A program made the translations under genes and the position numbers. Below, piece by piece: positions 9,106 to 17,490 of a stretch of DNA of 64,000 nucleotides. The notes beneath the pieces were generated by a model. The model saw only the letters and a list, made by a program, of their open reading frames with translations, ran no database searches and was not told the origin of the DNA. Position 1 is the first letter of the stretch; each line of letters starts with the position of its first letter. The stretch is from Candidatus Bathyarchaeia archaeon (GTDB lineage Archaea > Thermoproteota > Bathyarchaeia > Bathyarchaeales > Bathycorpusculaceae), in NCBI GenBank assembly GCA_050012255.1, contig JBEKHN010000003.1, forward strand, positions 96,001 through 160,000, read 5' to 3'.

Positions 9106-10296
9106 ACGTACAAAACCCTCGAAGTACTCGGCCCAGAACACGAATTTTCCCTAGTAAATGATGAGCTGAAAGCCTTGCCAATTGTTGACAAGGTGCTCAA
9201 GGATTTTCACGGCCGCGTCGTCAACTTTGTAGAGCAACCGCAGTTCACCTTCGGCAAAGAGCTCCAGCTGCACGTCATGGAAATCAAGCCCAACGAACCT
9301 TTCGCGTCCCCAGCAGAATTTGAGGAAACCATGCAAGAAGCAGTGCAGACACTTCAAGACTTTGTGAACCGCAGGTACGGAGCTCGTCTCCTGGGGACAG
9401 GAATGCATCCTCTGCTAAGGCTCAGTGAGACCGGCGTTTGGCCGCATCGTCACCGCCAAATTTACCAAGCTTACAGCAGAGTCTTCAACCTTAAAAGGCA
9501 CGGGTGGCTGAACATTCAAAGCTACCAGCTGAACCTTCCATACTCGGACGAGAAAGATGGCGTCTTGCTGCACAACTTGCTGGCGACCATTTGCCCCTAC
9601 CTGCCGGCAATAGCGGCGTCTTCGCCGATCTACGAAGGCAAAATTGGGGAAGACGTTGACAACAGGCTTCGTTTCTACAAAGAGAATCAGTCTGAGGTTC
9701 CTTCGATAACAGGGGATGTAGTTCCAGAATACACAGCTTCATTCAGGCAGTACAGGCAAGAGATTATTGACGAATACTCACATGACATGGCTGCAGTGGG
9801 CGTCGACAAACTTCTGCTGGGCAAGGACTGGGTGAATTCGAGAGGTGTGATTTTCCGGTTTGACAGGAGAGCGCTTGAGATTCGTGTTATGGACGAACAG
9901 GAATGCGTTAAGACAGATGTTGCACTAAGCTGTTTTATAAGAGCCGTACTCAGAGGATTGATAGAGAGAAGCGCCGAGCTTCTGCCTCACCAAATCTTAA
10001 GAAATGACTTTGCGTCTGTCGTCGCTGACGGGCTGGGTGCGAAGCTTCAGAACCCGAATGGAAGAACCGCGCGCAAAGTCTCTCTGTCTCTTTTGAAAAT
10101 TGCTTTCGAAAATGCGTCTGAAGAGGAGAAGAAGTACCTGCCAATAATACAGAAAAGGATTACAAAAGGGAACTTGTCAGAAATTGTGCGGGAGAGGATC
10201 CAGGTGAGAGGGCAGAAAACAGACCTCAGGGAAGCAATACTCAATGTTTATTCAAAGCTTGCAGAAAGTCTTATTGACAATCAACCCTACTTCTGA
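9106..10296 (+). CDS. Glutamate--cysteine ligase family 2 (GCS2/YbdK-like carboxylate-amine ligase)
   Basis: LGPEHEF metal-binding motif upstream of the track start, ELQLHVMEIK, GTGMHP, AASSP, EIRVMDEQ; start placed at ACG 9106 (first canonical start is TTG 9175). Confidence 0.88.
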   Translation, partial: TYKTLEVLGPEHEFSLVNDELKALPIVDKVLKDFHGRVVNFVEQPQFTFGKELQLHVMEIKPNEPFASPAEFEETMQEAVQTLQDFVNRRYGARLLGTGMHPLLRLSETGVWPHRHRQIYQAYSRVFNLKRHGWLNIQSYQLNLPYSDEKDGVLLHNLLATICPYLPAIAASSPIYEGKIGEDVDNRLRFYKENQSEVPSITGDVVPEYTASFRQYRQEIIDEYSHDMAAVGVDKLLLGKDWVNSRGVIFRFDRRALEIRVMDEQECVKTDVALSCFIRAVLRGLIERSAELLPHQILRNDFASVVADGLGAKLQNPNGRTARKVSLSLLKIAFENASEEEKKYLPIIQKRITKGNLSEIVRERIQVRGQKTDLREAILNVYSKLAESLIDNQPYF

Positions 10297-10317
10297 AAGC
10301 AGCGACGGAGAAACTCT

Positions 10318-10872
10318 ATGTCTTCAAGAACTGGAAACAAGAGGCAGACCGATTTTTTCGATACGTGCAGGCGATGCAGGACCGGTTGGAGCTGTTGCCA
10401 TGACACGACGCCTCCAGTGACAGACAAACGCAGGAAAATCATAGAGGCCTATCTCAGAGCGAACAAGATTGGCATCGAGAAGCCGTTTGTCGAATCAGAA
10501 TACGTTTTTCCACGATTGGCCGCAGATGGGTACTGTGTCTTTCACGATAAGAAGACGAAGAAGTGTCTCATTCATCCTGTGAAACCTGAAACATGCGTCG
10601 CCGGACCGATAACCTTCGACATAAAAGCAGAGGCTTCAAAAATTGAATGGTTCATAAAGATGGATAAGATATGCTCTCTTGCTGGACGCGTGTATGTGGA
10701 CAAGGTTTTACTGCAAAAGCATGTTGACTCAGCGAAGAAAGAGATATCCAAACTTGTTAGCGAGCTTGATTCTGAAGCTCTCAGAGCGATACTGAAGAAG
10801 GAGGAGCCAGAGACTTTCAAGATAGGCGAAGACAATCTAGGAAAGTGCGCGTTGAACAAGCTTGCCTGTTGA
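10318..10872 (+). CDS. YkgJ-family cysteine-cluster (Zn/Fe-chelating) protein
   Basis: CRRC...CC, CVF, CLIHPVKPETCVAGP pattern. Confidence 0.85.
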   Translation: MSSRTGNKRQTDFFDTCRRCRTGWSCCHDTTPPVTDKRRKIIEAYLRANKIGIEKPFVESEYVFPRLAADGYCVFHDKKTKKCLIHPVKPETCVAGPITFDIKAEASKIEWFIKMDKICSLAGRVYVDKVLLQKHVDSAKKEISKLVSELDSEALRAILKKEEPETFKIGEDNLGKCALNKLAC

Positions 10873-10877
10873 TTGGA

Positions 10878-10996
10878 TGGCGGGCCCGAGGGGATTTGAA
10901 CCCCTGTTCTCCGGCTTTCTTCCATCTGTCGTGCCCGGAGGCTTGCGCATCTTTTGTCTTGATTCGACGCCTTAATCCAGACTGGGCTACGGGCCC
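10878..10996 (-). tRNA. tRNA-Arg(CCG) with two introns (29/30: 10943-10964; 37/38: 10917-10934), CCA encoded
   Basis: Minus strand reads GGGCCCG..TCG[22 nt]GC-CT-CCG-G[18 nt]A-GCCGG-AGAAC-AGGGG-TTCAAAT-CCCCT-CGGGCCC-G-CCA; both introns form bulge-helix-bulge motifs. Confidence 0.92.
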
Positions 10997-11042
10997 TCAG
11001 AATACAGTGAAGCGTAGTCGAATTAATTCTTGCTATGTCGGA

Positions 11043-11543
11043 TTACGTTTCGACTAGTTCTTCGTTTATCCACCAGGCCTTCTTTTTCCCAGATTTTTCT
11101 CCAGGATAGTATTCTATTATGTGTTTTCCAAGCTGTTTTCTGGAAGTCTTCTGCATTCTTCTCAGCCTGTTCAAGACGAGCCACCTGTTTGTTTTCAAGT
11201 ATTCTGCCAGTTCAGGCGTGGTGGCGCCCTTGTAATGCAACAAATAATCAACTATTTTGTGGTCTATCTCGTCCAGGGCAAACGTATGAGGGTTCGTTGT
11301 TCCCCGCTCATAGGTAAGCAGTTCTAGATCTGCAAGATATTTTCTGATCTCCGACAAGTCCTTCTCCATCTTGTCTACGCGATTTCTTAGCTCCAAGACT
11401 CTGTCTGGTCTAGGCGTCTTCTGCAGCTTTTCCATTATGGCGTCTCGAATGAAACTGCTGCGGTCTCCTTCTGGCACTCGCAAAAGCATTTCCTCGTAGA
11501 CGTTTTCAGGAATCTTTGCAGAGACAACTTTTAACTCATCCAT
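11043..11543 (-). CDS. Ribbon-helix-helix + coiled-coil + winged-helix DNA-binding protein
   Basis: VVSAKIPENVYEEM...RSSFIRDAIMEKL (RHH) and LDEIDHKIVDYL...ATTPELAEYLKTNRWLVLNRLRRM (wHTH). Confidence 0.75.
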   Translation of the reverse strand: MDELKVVSAKIPENVYEEMLLRVPEGDRSSFIRDAIMEKLQKTPRPDRVLELRNRVDKMEKDLSEIRKYLADLELLTYERGTTNPHTFALDEIDHKIVDYLLHYKGATTPELAEYLKTNRWLVLNRLRRMQKTSRKQLGKHIIEYYPGEKSGKKKAWWINEELVET

Positions 11544-11743
11544 CCAAGTGCCCTCACTTTTCAACTCTAGGAGTACTGTTTGGTTGATGGTAGCCTTATT
11601 GTTTTTCTCTTCGGAACTTTTTTAGAGCCAACAGGACAAATCTAGAGCGAAAAAGAAGTCCCAGGTGATTCTGCGTGGCTAGGAGGACGACGCTCTCTCA
11701 TAAAATGCGATGTAGGGTCTCTTGCGGGCATCACGTGGTTGAG

Positions 11744-11798
11744 AAACCGCTTTTCAGCATTGCCGAGAAACACCTCAGAGAGGCTGAAGAAGCGGTTT
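11744..11798. repeat. Inverted repeat/hairpin (15-bp stem with one bulge)
   Basis: AAACCGCTTTTCAGC ... GCTGAAGAAGCGGTTT. Confidence 0.75.
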
Positions 11799-11822
11799 AA
11801 GCCAGCCTAGTTCAGCGCGGCC

Positions 11823-12371
11823 CTAAGCACCTCTAACCTTGGCCAACTCTTCACATCGCTTTTTTGCGATCTCGTGGAGTTTCTTCCGAAGGTCTTCCCC
11901 GTTCATCTTCTGCTCTCTGACGAGCAGTGTTTTCCTCGCCAGTTCAACATCGCCCAGATCAGTGAACCAAGCCTCAAAATCTCCACGGTTTATGTGAAAC
12001 TCTATCGAGCCGACATCGATTCTCTGTATCTTTTCACAGAAGTCTCCGAGGCTCGCCGCAAAAACGTTCAAAGGCTTTCCAATGTCTGCGTAGAAGTGGA
12101 ACGATTTTTCCGCGGGTAAATATTTCAAGATTTCAGCCGCTTTTTCCTTGTCAACCTCCGGAATGCCAAGAGTCTTCTTTCCCTTCTCTGTTATGGCATA
12201 GATCCCCTTTTCAGGCGAGGTTACGTATTGCATCTTGGAGAGTCCTATGATGTGCATCATGACCGCAGGAAAATTCACACCCGTGTCTTTGGCTATTTCC
12301 GTCACTTTTTCGGGCTTGTCAAGCATCCACATGGTTTCAAGAATCAAACGTTTAACAGGTGATACACTCAT
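11823..12371 (-). CDS. Winged-helix + DUF5752-like domain protein
   Basis: N-terminal wHTH ending YAITEKG; C-terminal FHFY..G..A.SL.DF...SIEFH..RGDFEAW...LGD.ELA pattern. Confidence 0.75.
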   Translation of the reverse strand: MSVSPVKRLILETMWMLDKPEKVTEIAKDTGVNFPAVMMHIIGLSKMQYVTSPEKGIYAITEKGKKTLGIPEVDKEKAAEILKYLPAEKSFHFYADIGKPLNVFAASLGDFCEKIQRIDVGSIEFHINRGDFEAWFTDLGDVELARKTLLVREQKMNGEDLRKKLHEIAKKRCEELAKVRGA

Positions 12372-12606
12372 GCTGTTGCACTTTACCTAATTATGTCGCA
12401 CCTACCTAATAGGTTTTTCACAATTCTCCATTTTGGGAATCTGCCTTGAATGACAATTTGATGCTTCTGCTTCTCAGGTTGAGGAGGCTTCTATTCGGGG
12501 CTGGATGGTCGTCACTACGGTCTGAAGTGTATGCTGAGTGAGCAAGGTAAATAAACCATTGTTCAATAACCATTAAGGAATTGTTGGCAGAGTGGACCGG
12601 TGAAAA

Positions 12607-13860
12607 GTGATGAAGCTGTCTGTGCTTGTTTACGAGTACCCTCCGAAGATCGTTGGCGGCTTGGGCACTTACGCGGCTGAGATCACTAGGAAATTTGTCC
12701 TGACAGACAACGATGTTACAGTCTTCACAATGAATGATGATGCTGGCAGTTTACCGACGCGGGAGATATGGCGCGGTATCGAAATTCATCGGCCGCTGCA
12801 CATCGACATCTCTGACTCACTGCCTGACGTAGTCGCAGAGGACATAAAAAAGTGGGGCAGGGGGATACAGTTGTTCTCGAAAATTCTCGTGTACAATTAT
12901 CTGAGTGCTGCAAAACTCGTTAATGAGCTGATAAGGAAAGAAGCCATAAAATTCGACCTCATCGTCGCTCATGACTGGCTTTCTGCTATAGGCGGAATGA
13001 CTGTTAGGAAAGAGGCAGGATTGCCCTTTGCATTCCACGTCCACTCAACAGAGAAAGGAAGAACGCTTGGAAACGGCTCTATCACAGTGAGCAACATCGA
13101 GCTTCATGCGGCAAGATCTGCTGACCTGATCGTGACAGTTTCTTATGCGATGAAGGATGAGCTAATAGGCCTCGGGTTTCCGAAAGAGAAAATCCAAGTT
13201 GCCTATAATGGAGTTGACCCACAGAAATACGATCCGACCGCTGTGACTGCTGAGCAGGTCAAGAAGGTCAGAGCAATGTACGGCATCAAGGATGACGATT
13301 TCATGATTCTCTTCATAGGCAGGCTTGTGGGCGTTAAAGGTGTTGATAAGCTTGTGATGGCGCTGCCGCACATCTTGCAGAAAAACCCGAAGGCGAAACT
13401 CGTAATCGTAGGTCTCGGCGATCTTCAGGAATACTTGGTAAACCTAGTTAAAGCTACGAGGATGAGTGATTACGTAAAGTTCCGTTTTGAGTTTATTCCT
13501 GAGGAGGAGCGCATCCTTCACTATGCAGCCTGTGACGTTGCGGTTTTCCCAAGCTTCTACGAACCTTTCGGAATAGTGGTTCTGGAGGCGATGAGTATGG
13601 AGCGTCCAGTCGTAGTGGGTGCCGCGGGCATCAGTGGGATGCGAGAGATAGTTGTCTGCTGTGGTGAGGAACAGTGTGGTTACCACATAGACCCGAACAA
13701 CCCGTCAGACATCGGTTGGGGCATAAACAGCGTCCTTGAAAGCAGTGAGAAAAGGAAATGGCTTGGAAAAAACGGTAGACGCAGGGTTCTAAGCGAGTTC
13801 ACGTGGGACAAGATAGCCGAGAAAACCTTGGAACTTTATGAGCAGATTCTCAAGCGCTAA
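12607..13860 (+). CDS. Glycosyltransferase family 4 (glycogen synthase-like)
   Basis: EYPPKIVGGLG, AHDWL, HSTE, GRLVGVKG, PSFYEPFGIVVLEAM. Confidence 0.92.
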   Translation: MMKLSVLVYEYPPKIVGGLGTYAAEITRKFVLTDNDVTVFTMNDDAGSLPTREIWRGIEIHRPLHIDISDSLPDVVAEDIKKWGRGIQLFSKILVYNYLSAAKLVNELIRKEAIKFDLIVAHDWLSAIGGMTVRKEAGLPFAFHVHSTEKGRTLGNGSITVSNIELHAARSADLIVTVSYAMKDELIGLGFPKEKIQVAYNGVDPQKYDPTAVTAEQVKKVRAMYGIKDDDFMILFIGRLVGVKGVDKLVMALPHILQKNPKAKLVIVGLGDLQEYLVNLVKATRMSDYVKFRFEFIPEEERILHYAACDVAVFPSFYEPFGIVVLEAMSMERPVVVGAAGISGMREIVVCCGEEQCGYHIDPNNPSDIGWGINSVLESSEKRKWLGKNGRRRVLSEFTWDKIAEKTLELYEQILKR

Positions 13861-13874
13861 GCTTAAGTTCCGCG

Positions 13875-14525
13875 TTGAACGCAGTTTTCGTCGGTGAGGC
13901 GTTGACCGCCAATTTTGTGAGTTCAAGAAAGAAGGTCGCCATAGAAGCTGCTAATCTTCTTTACCACGGAGTTGAGAAAGAGTACAAGCAGGCCAAGTTG
14001 AAGGCCGCAAAAACGTTTGGGCTTCACTTCATGCCGACAAACCTTGAGGTTGCTCTGGAAATTGACAGGATCGCAGAGGAGAATGAGGGGGCTGCCAGAC
14101 AGGAACGATTGGTAAGGATGCGCAAAGAAGCTTTTAGGATCATGAACATTCTGAAGAGGTTCGACCCGCTGTTGGTTGGAAGCGTGTGGCGTGGCACAAT
14201 TCACCATGATAGCGACTTGGACATAATAGTCCATCACGAAGAACCTGGAGAAGTTTTGAAGGCGGTTGAACAAACCGGTTTAAAGATACAACGGGCTGAA
14301 TGGGTCAACGTTACGAAGCGGGGAAAAAAGAAAGGTTCTTTCCACATTCATACAGAGTCTCCGATCAAAGAGCAAGTTGAGATTATTGTTCACAGTCCAG
14401 ACGAAGCCTGTCTCAATGAGAAATGCGAAGTGTACGGCGACGAAATAGTCGGTCTCCGTTTGCGAGAACTTGGGAAAGTTCTTGAAGTAACCCCAACTCG
14501 TAGGTTCGTTCCTCCTGATTATTAG
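13875..14525 (+). CDS. Pol-beta-like nucleotidyltransferase domain protein
   Basis: LVGSVWRG...DSDLD motif; N-terminal AANLLY...EYKQAKLKAA helical domain; true start may be slightly downstream. Confidence 0.8.
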   Translation: MNAVFVGEALTANFVSSRKKVAIEAANLLYHGVEKEYKQAKLKAAKTFGLHFMPTNLEVALEIDRIAEENEGAARQERLVRMRKEAFRIMNILKRFDPLLVGSVWRGTIHHDSDLDIIVHHEEPGEVLKAVEQTGLKIQRAEWVNVTKRGKKKGSFHIHTESPIKEQVEIIVHSPDEACLNEKCEVYGDEIVGLRLRELGKVLEVTPTRRFVPPDY

Positions 14526-14623
14526 AAGCCTATGTCCAAGTGATGACAGGCCAAAAGGACGTTTAAATATTTGCGTTTTCCATAAATGGGTGAAGAAACA
14601 CAGCCAGCTCTGAAGGTGCAACG

Positions 14624-14971
14624 TTGGAGCTCGAAAAGGAAGTCCTCAAGAAGATGTTTCCAAACATGGCCAAAGAATTGGGGTCGGACGAGAACAGGGT
14701 CTCAGTCAACTCTGTTCGAACAGACAATGAGGCTGGAGAAAGACATGTCACGAGAGGAAGATTCGTTCACTACGTACCTGACGTCATAGATTTCATTCGG
14801 AGATGTGACACGCCGGAGCAGGCAGAGGAGATCATTGATTACGTGGAGAAGAGAGGCGAAATCGATGGACCGTACGCTCAGAAGCTGAAGAAGCAGCTCA
14901 AGGAGAAAGGTGTAAGAAGCTTCGGAGCAAAGAAAGAAGAGGACTACTACCTCAAACACGGAGAACTCTGA
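14624..14971 (+). CDS. DUF2095-like archaeal protein
   Basis: FPNMAKEL...PDVIDFIRRCDT.EQAEEIIDY.EKRGEI...GVRSFG.KK. Confidence 0.8.
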   Translation: MELEKEVLKKMFPNMAKELGSDENRVSVNSVRTDNEAGERHVTRGRFVHYVPDVIDFIRRCDTPEQAEEIIDYVEKRGEIDGPYAQKLKKQLKEKGVRSFGAKKEEDYYLKHGEL

Positions 14972-15128
14972 CAAGAAACTAACCTAGATTTCCGGTATTG
15001 GTTCTCATTGTTCCCTTCGATGGGTAAGTATATACGTGACGCACGTGGTCTATCTCCAAAAGTAAATAAATGGGCTCATCAATAGATAAGAAAGCCTGAA
15101 ACTTAAGGAATGTAGTGGAGGACAACGC

Positions 15129-16853
15129 TTGAGAAAGGCAACATTGACGTTCACAATGCTGGCTGTGGCCATGATATTTTCTGTCTCAATGTCGTTCTAC
15201 GTTAGAAACGTCAGGGCAGATGGGAGCTATGCTATACAACACATCGACCACACAGTAAGCGTCTTGTACAATGGTTACGTTCTGATGAATGATACGATAG
15301 AGTTGTCTGGGCAAGCGCCAGACAGCTTTATGCTCGGTTTCCCTTACGCGTTTGGCCCATACGTTCTCCGTTGCGTAGCCTCAGATGCTAACAACACGTC
15401 TGACACTTTCCCTGTCAGCCTGAGCGAGCCGTTGGAAGGTCACATCGGCTTCTACGGCATAAAGGTTGATTTTTCAAAGGGAGCGCCACAAAGCTTCAGC
15501 GTTCAAGTGTTGTTTTCAAACGCTCTGGTTGCGCAAGACAGTCAGAATGCCACTCTCTACGGTATGATTTTTCCAATGTTTCCGAGTCTCGTGACGACTG
15601 TTGATACTTTCAACGGTTCTATAGTCTTGCCTAGAAACGCAGTCTACCTCCAGGGAACGATCAGCGGTTTGACTTATTCACAGACGAATTTGACGGCGTT
15701 TGCGTACAACTCGTCGACGGTGACGTTTAATGTTGCTAATAAAGAAACGCAGCTTTTTGACGTGGACCAGCTAAATCGCGAGATAAGAGTAAGCGAGGTT
15801 GGCGACATAATGGGTGCGGACTCCTATTACATAACAAGCAAGGCGACAAACTCGATAAGTTCTGTCGACGTGCTTCTACCCGCGAACGCGTCTGAGGTGA
15901 ACGCGCAGGATCAATTTGGCCGAACAATGGCCCAGCCAACGCAGACTAACGCTAACACGAGCCGCTACACAATCACTTTCTCAAAAGCTGTAGACCCTAC
16001 GAAATCAAGCTGGTTCACCGTGACCTACCGCTTGCCGAGTGAAGCCTACCTTGAACAGCAAGGTGGGGTCAACAGTTTTGCTCTGGGCATGACCATGTTC
16101 CAGGACTTGGACTACTACATCAATAGGACAACGGTTTCCTTTGTTTTGCCTGAGGGTGCAAGGTTGCAGTCGTTTGAACACTCTTCGACTGATGGTTCAT
16201 ACGGTATTGGCAGGGATGTCTTCCAAGAAGAGGCAGACATAAGCATGCAGAGCACGATTTCGTTGGACAGCTTCAGTGTTAGAATAGTTTACAATTACAG
16301 CCCTTTGTGGTTGGGTTTTCACCCCACTATATGGGTTTTGGTCCTGGCTATGATCGGAAGTTTTGCTGTTGTCGTCTCGAGGAGGCCCAAAGCTCCGACA
16401 CCTATCTCCGTGCCTACAGCAGGTCTGAGGGTCCGTCCGGAATATATTAGGTCTTTCGTGGAGTCATACGAGGAGAAGATGAAGATAGTGTCTGAAATCG
16501 ATGCTCTCGAGAGCAAAGCTCAGAAAGGAAGGTTACCGAGGAGACGGTACAAAGTGCAGCGAAGAACTCTGGAAACGCGTCTCGACGCACTGTCTAGAAG
16601 CTTGACGGAAGCCAAGGAAAGGATGCGGTCGGCTGGCGGTCACTACGCAAGTTTGATGCGTGAACTCGAAGTGGCAGAGACTGGAATGAACGAATACGAA
16701 GCTAACGTCAAAACCATTGAAGCACGCCATAGCCGCGGAGAACTGTCGTTAGAAGCCTACCGAAAACTTCTGGGGGACTACCAGCGCCGAAAAGAGAGGA
16801 GTGAAGCAACCATAAAGGGCATCCTCTTGAGACTACGTGAAGAAATTCGCTAA
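15129..16853 (+). CDS. Ribophorin I (OST1/RPN1)-like type I membrane glycoprotein
   Basis: Signal peptide, beta-rich lumenal part with REIRVSEVGDIMGADSYYI and FVLPEGA, one TM helix, charged helical cytoplasmic tail. Confidence 0.7.
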   Translation: MRKATLTFTMLAVAMIFSVSMSFYVRNVRADGSYAIQHIDHTVSVLYNGYVLMNDTIELSGQAPDSFMLGFPYAFGPYVLRCVASDANNTSDTFPVSLSEPLEGHIGFYGIKVDFSKGAPQSFSVQVLFSNALVAQDSQNATLYGMIFPMFPSLVTTVDTFNGSIVLPRNAVYLQGTISGLTYSQTNLTAFAYNSSTVTFNVANKETQLFDVDQLNREIRVSEVGDIMGADSYYITSKATNSISSVDVLLPANASEVNAQDQFGRTMAQPTQTNANTSRYTITFSKAVDPTKSSWFTVTYRLPSEAYLEQQGGVNSFALGMTMFQDLDYYINRTTVSFVLPEGARLQSFEHSSTDGSYGIGRDVFQEEADISMQSTISLDSFSVRIVYNYSPLWLGFHPTIWVLVLAMIGSFAVVVSRRPKAPTPISVPTAGLRVRPEYIRSFVESYEEKMKIVSEIDALESKAQKGRLPRRRYKVQRRTLETRLDALSRSLTEAKERMRSAGGHYASLMRELEVAETGMNEYEANVKTIEARHSRGELSLEAYRKLLGDYQRRKERSEATIKGILLRLREEIR

Positions 16854-16922
16854 ATGCACCTAAACCCTTTTATTCTGCTGCCTCGCTCTCAAAGAAATTC
16901 TGACATCAGAAGGAATGGGGAA

Positions 16923-17105
16923 ATGGTGAAGATAGTGGTTGACAATGCTAAGTGCACAGGCTGTGGAACATGCATCGATACGTGTCCAGTAGCCGTCTAC
17001 GAGGTCAAAGACGGAAAATCGATTCCAGTTAAGCCTGAAGAATGTCTGGTGTGCAGAGCATGCGAAGTCCAATGCCCAGAGACTGCAATCCAAGTGATCG
17101 AGTGA
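16923..17105 (+). CDS. 2x[4Fe-4S] ferredoxin
   Basis: CTGCGTCIDTCP and CLVCRACEVQCP; start at ATG 16923. Confidence 0.95.
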   Translation: MVKIVVDNAKCTGCGTCIDTCPVAVYEVKDGKSIPVKPEECLVCRACEVQCPETAIQVIE

Positions 17106-17204
17106 CCGCAAGCTTTGGCTGTGAATATGCTTTTTCAAGGTGTCTAACTTAGTTTGAAGACCTTCTGTGGACTTTTTTCACTTCCTTTTTGACCTGTTCA
17201 CTTA

Positions 17205-17378
17205 GCTCTCTTACCCTTTTCGTGATGGGAAAACCTCCTCGTCAACGCGGGAAGGGTTGCCACTAATTCTAGCTATGGCTGCGGTAGCTGTTCTCCCCAC
17301 GCCTTTGGCAACAGTTTAACCTCATCAATCTGGGCGCCTTCAGGGTTGACAGACTGCTGGTTTCTTCTTTTTGAGAGC
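17205..17378 (-). ncRNA. Putative structured non-coding RNA of unknown family
   Basis: Nested helices GCTCTC/GAGAGC, GAAACC/GGTTTT, AGCAGT/ACTGTT, GTTGCCA/TGGCAAC and AGCTA/TAGCT, plus a CTGA...TGATGA K-loop; strand uncertain. Confidence 0.45.
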
Positions 17379-17490
17379 CGATTTCGCCTTAGTTCGCGAT
17401 AATCGCGCAAAGGTGCGGTGCCTTGTTTTTTCAGGGTGGCTTGCGCTTGAATCGGGTTTTTGCTACCTCGATGACAAGACTACGGCGATT

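Noticed and set aside
12445-12530. Box C/D sRNA
   Set aside because: Only a CTGA and a poor box C match; spacing does not fit
17205-17378. RNase P or SRP RNA
   Set aside because: No GAGGAAAnUCC or AGAA..GGCUUA P4 motifs and no SRP helix-8 signature on either strand
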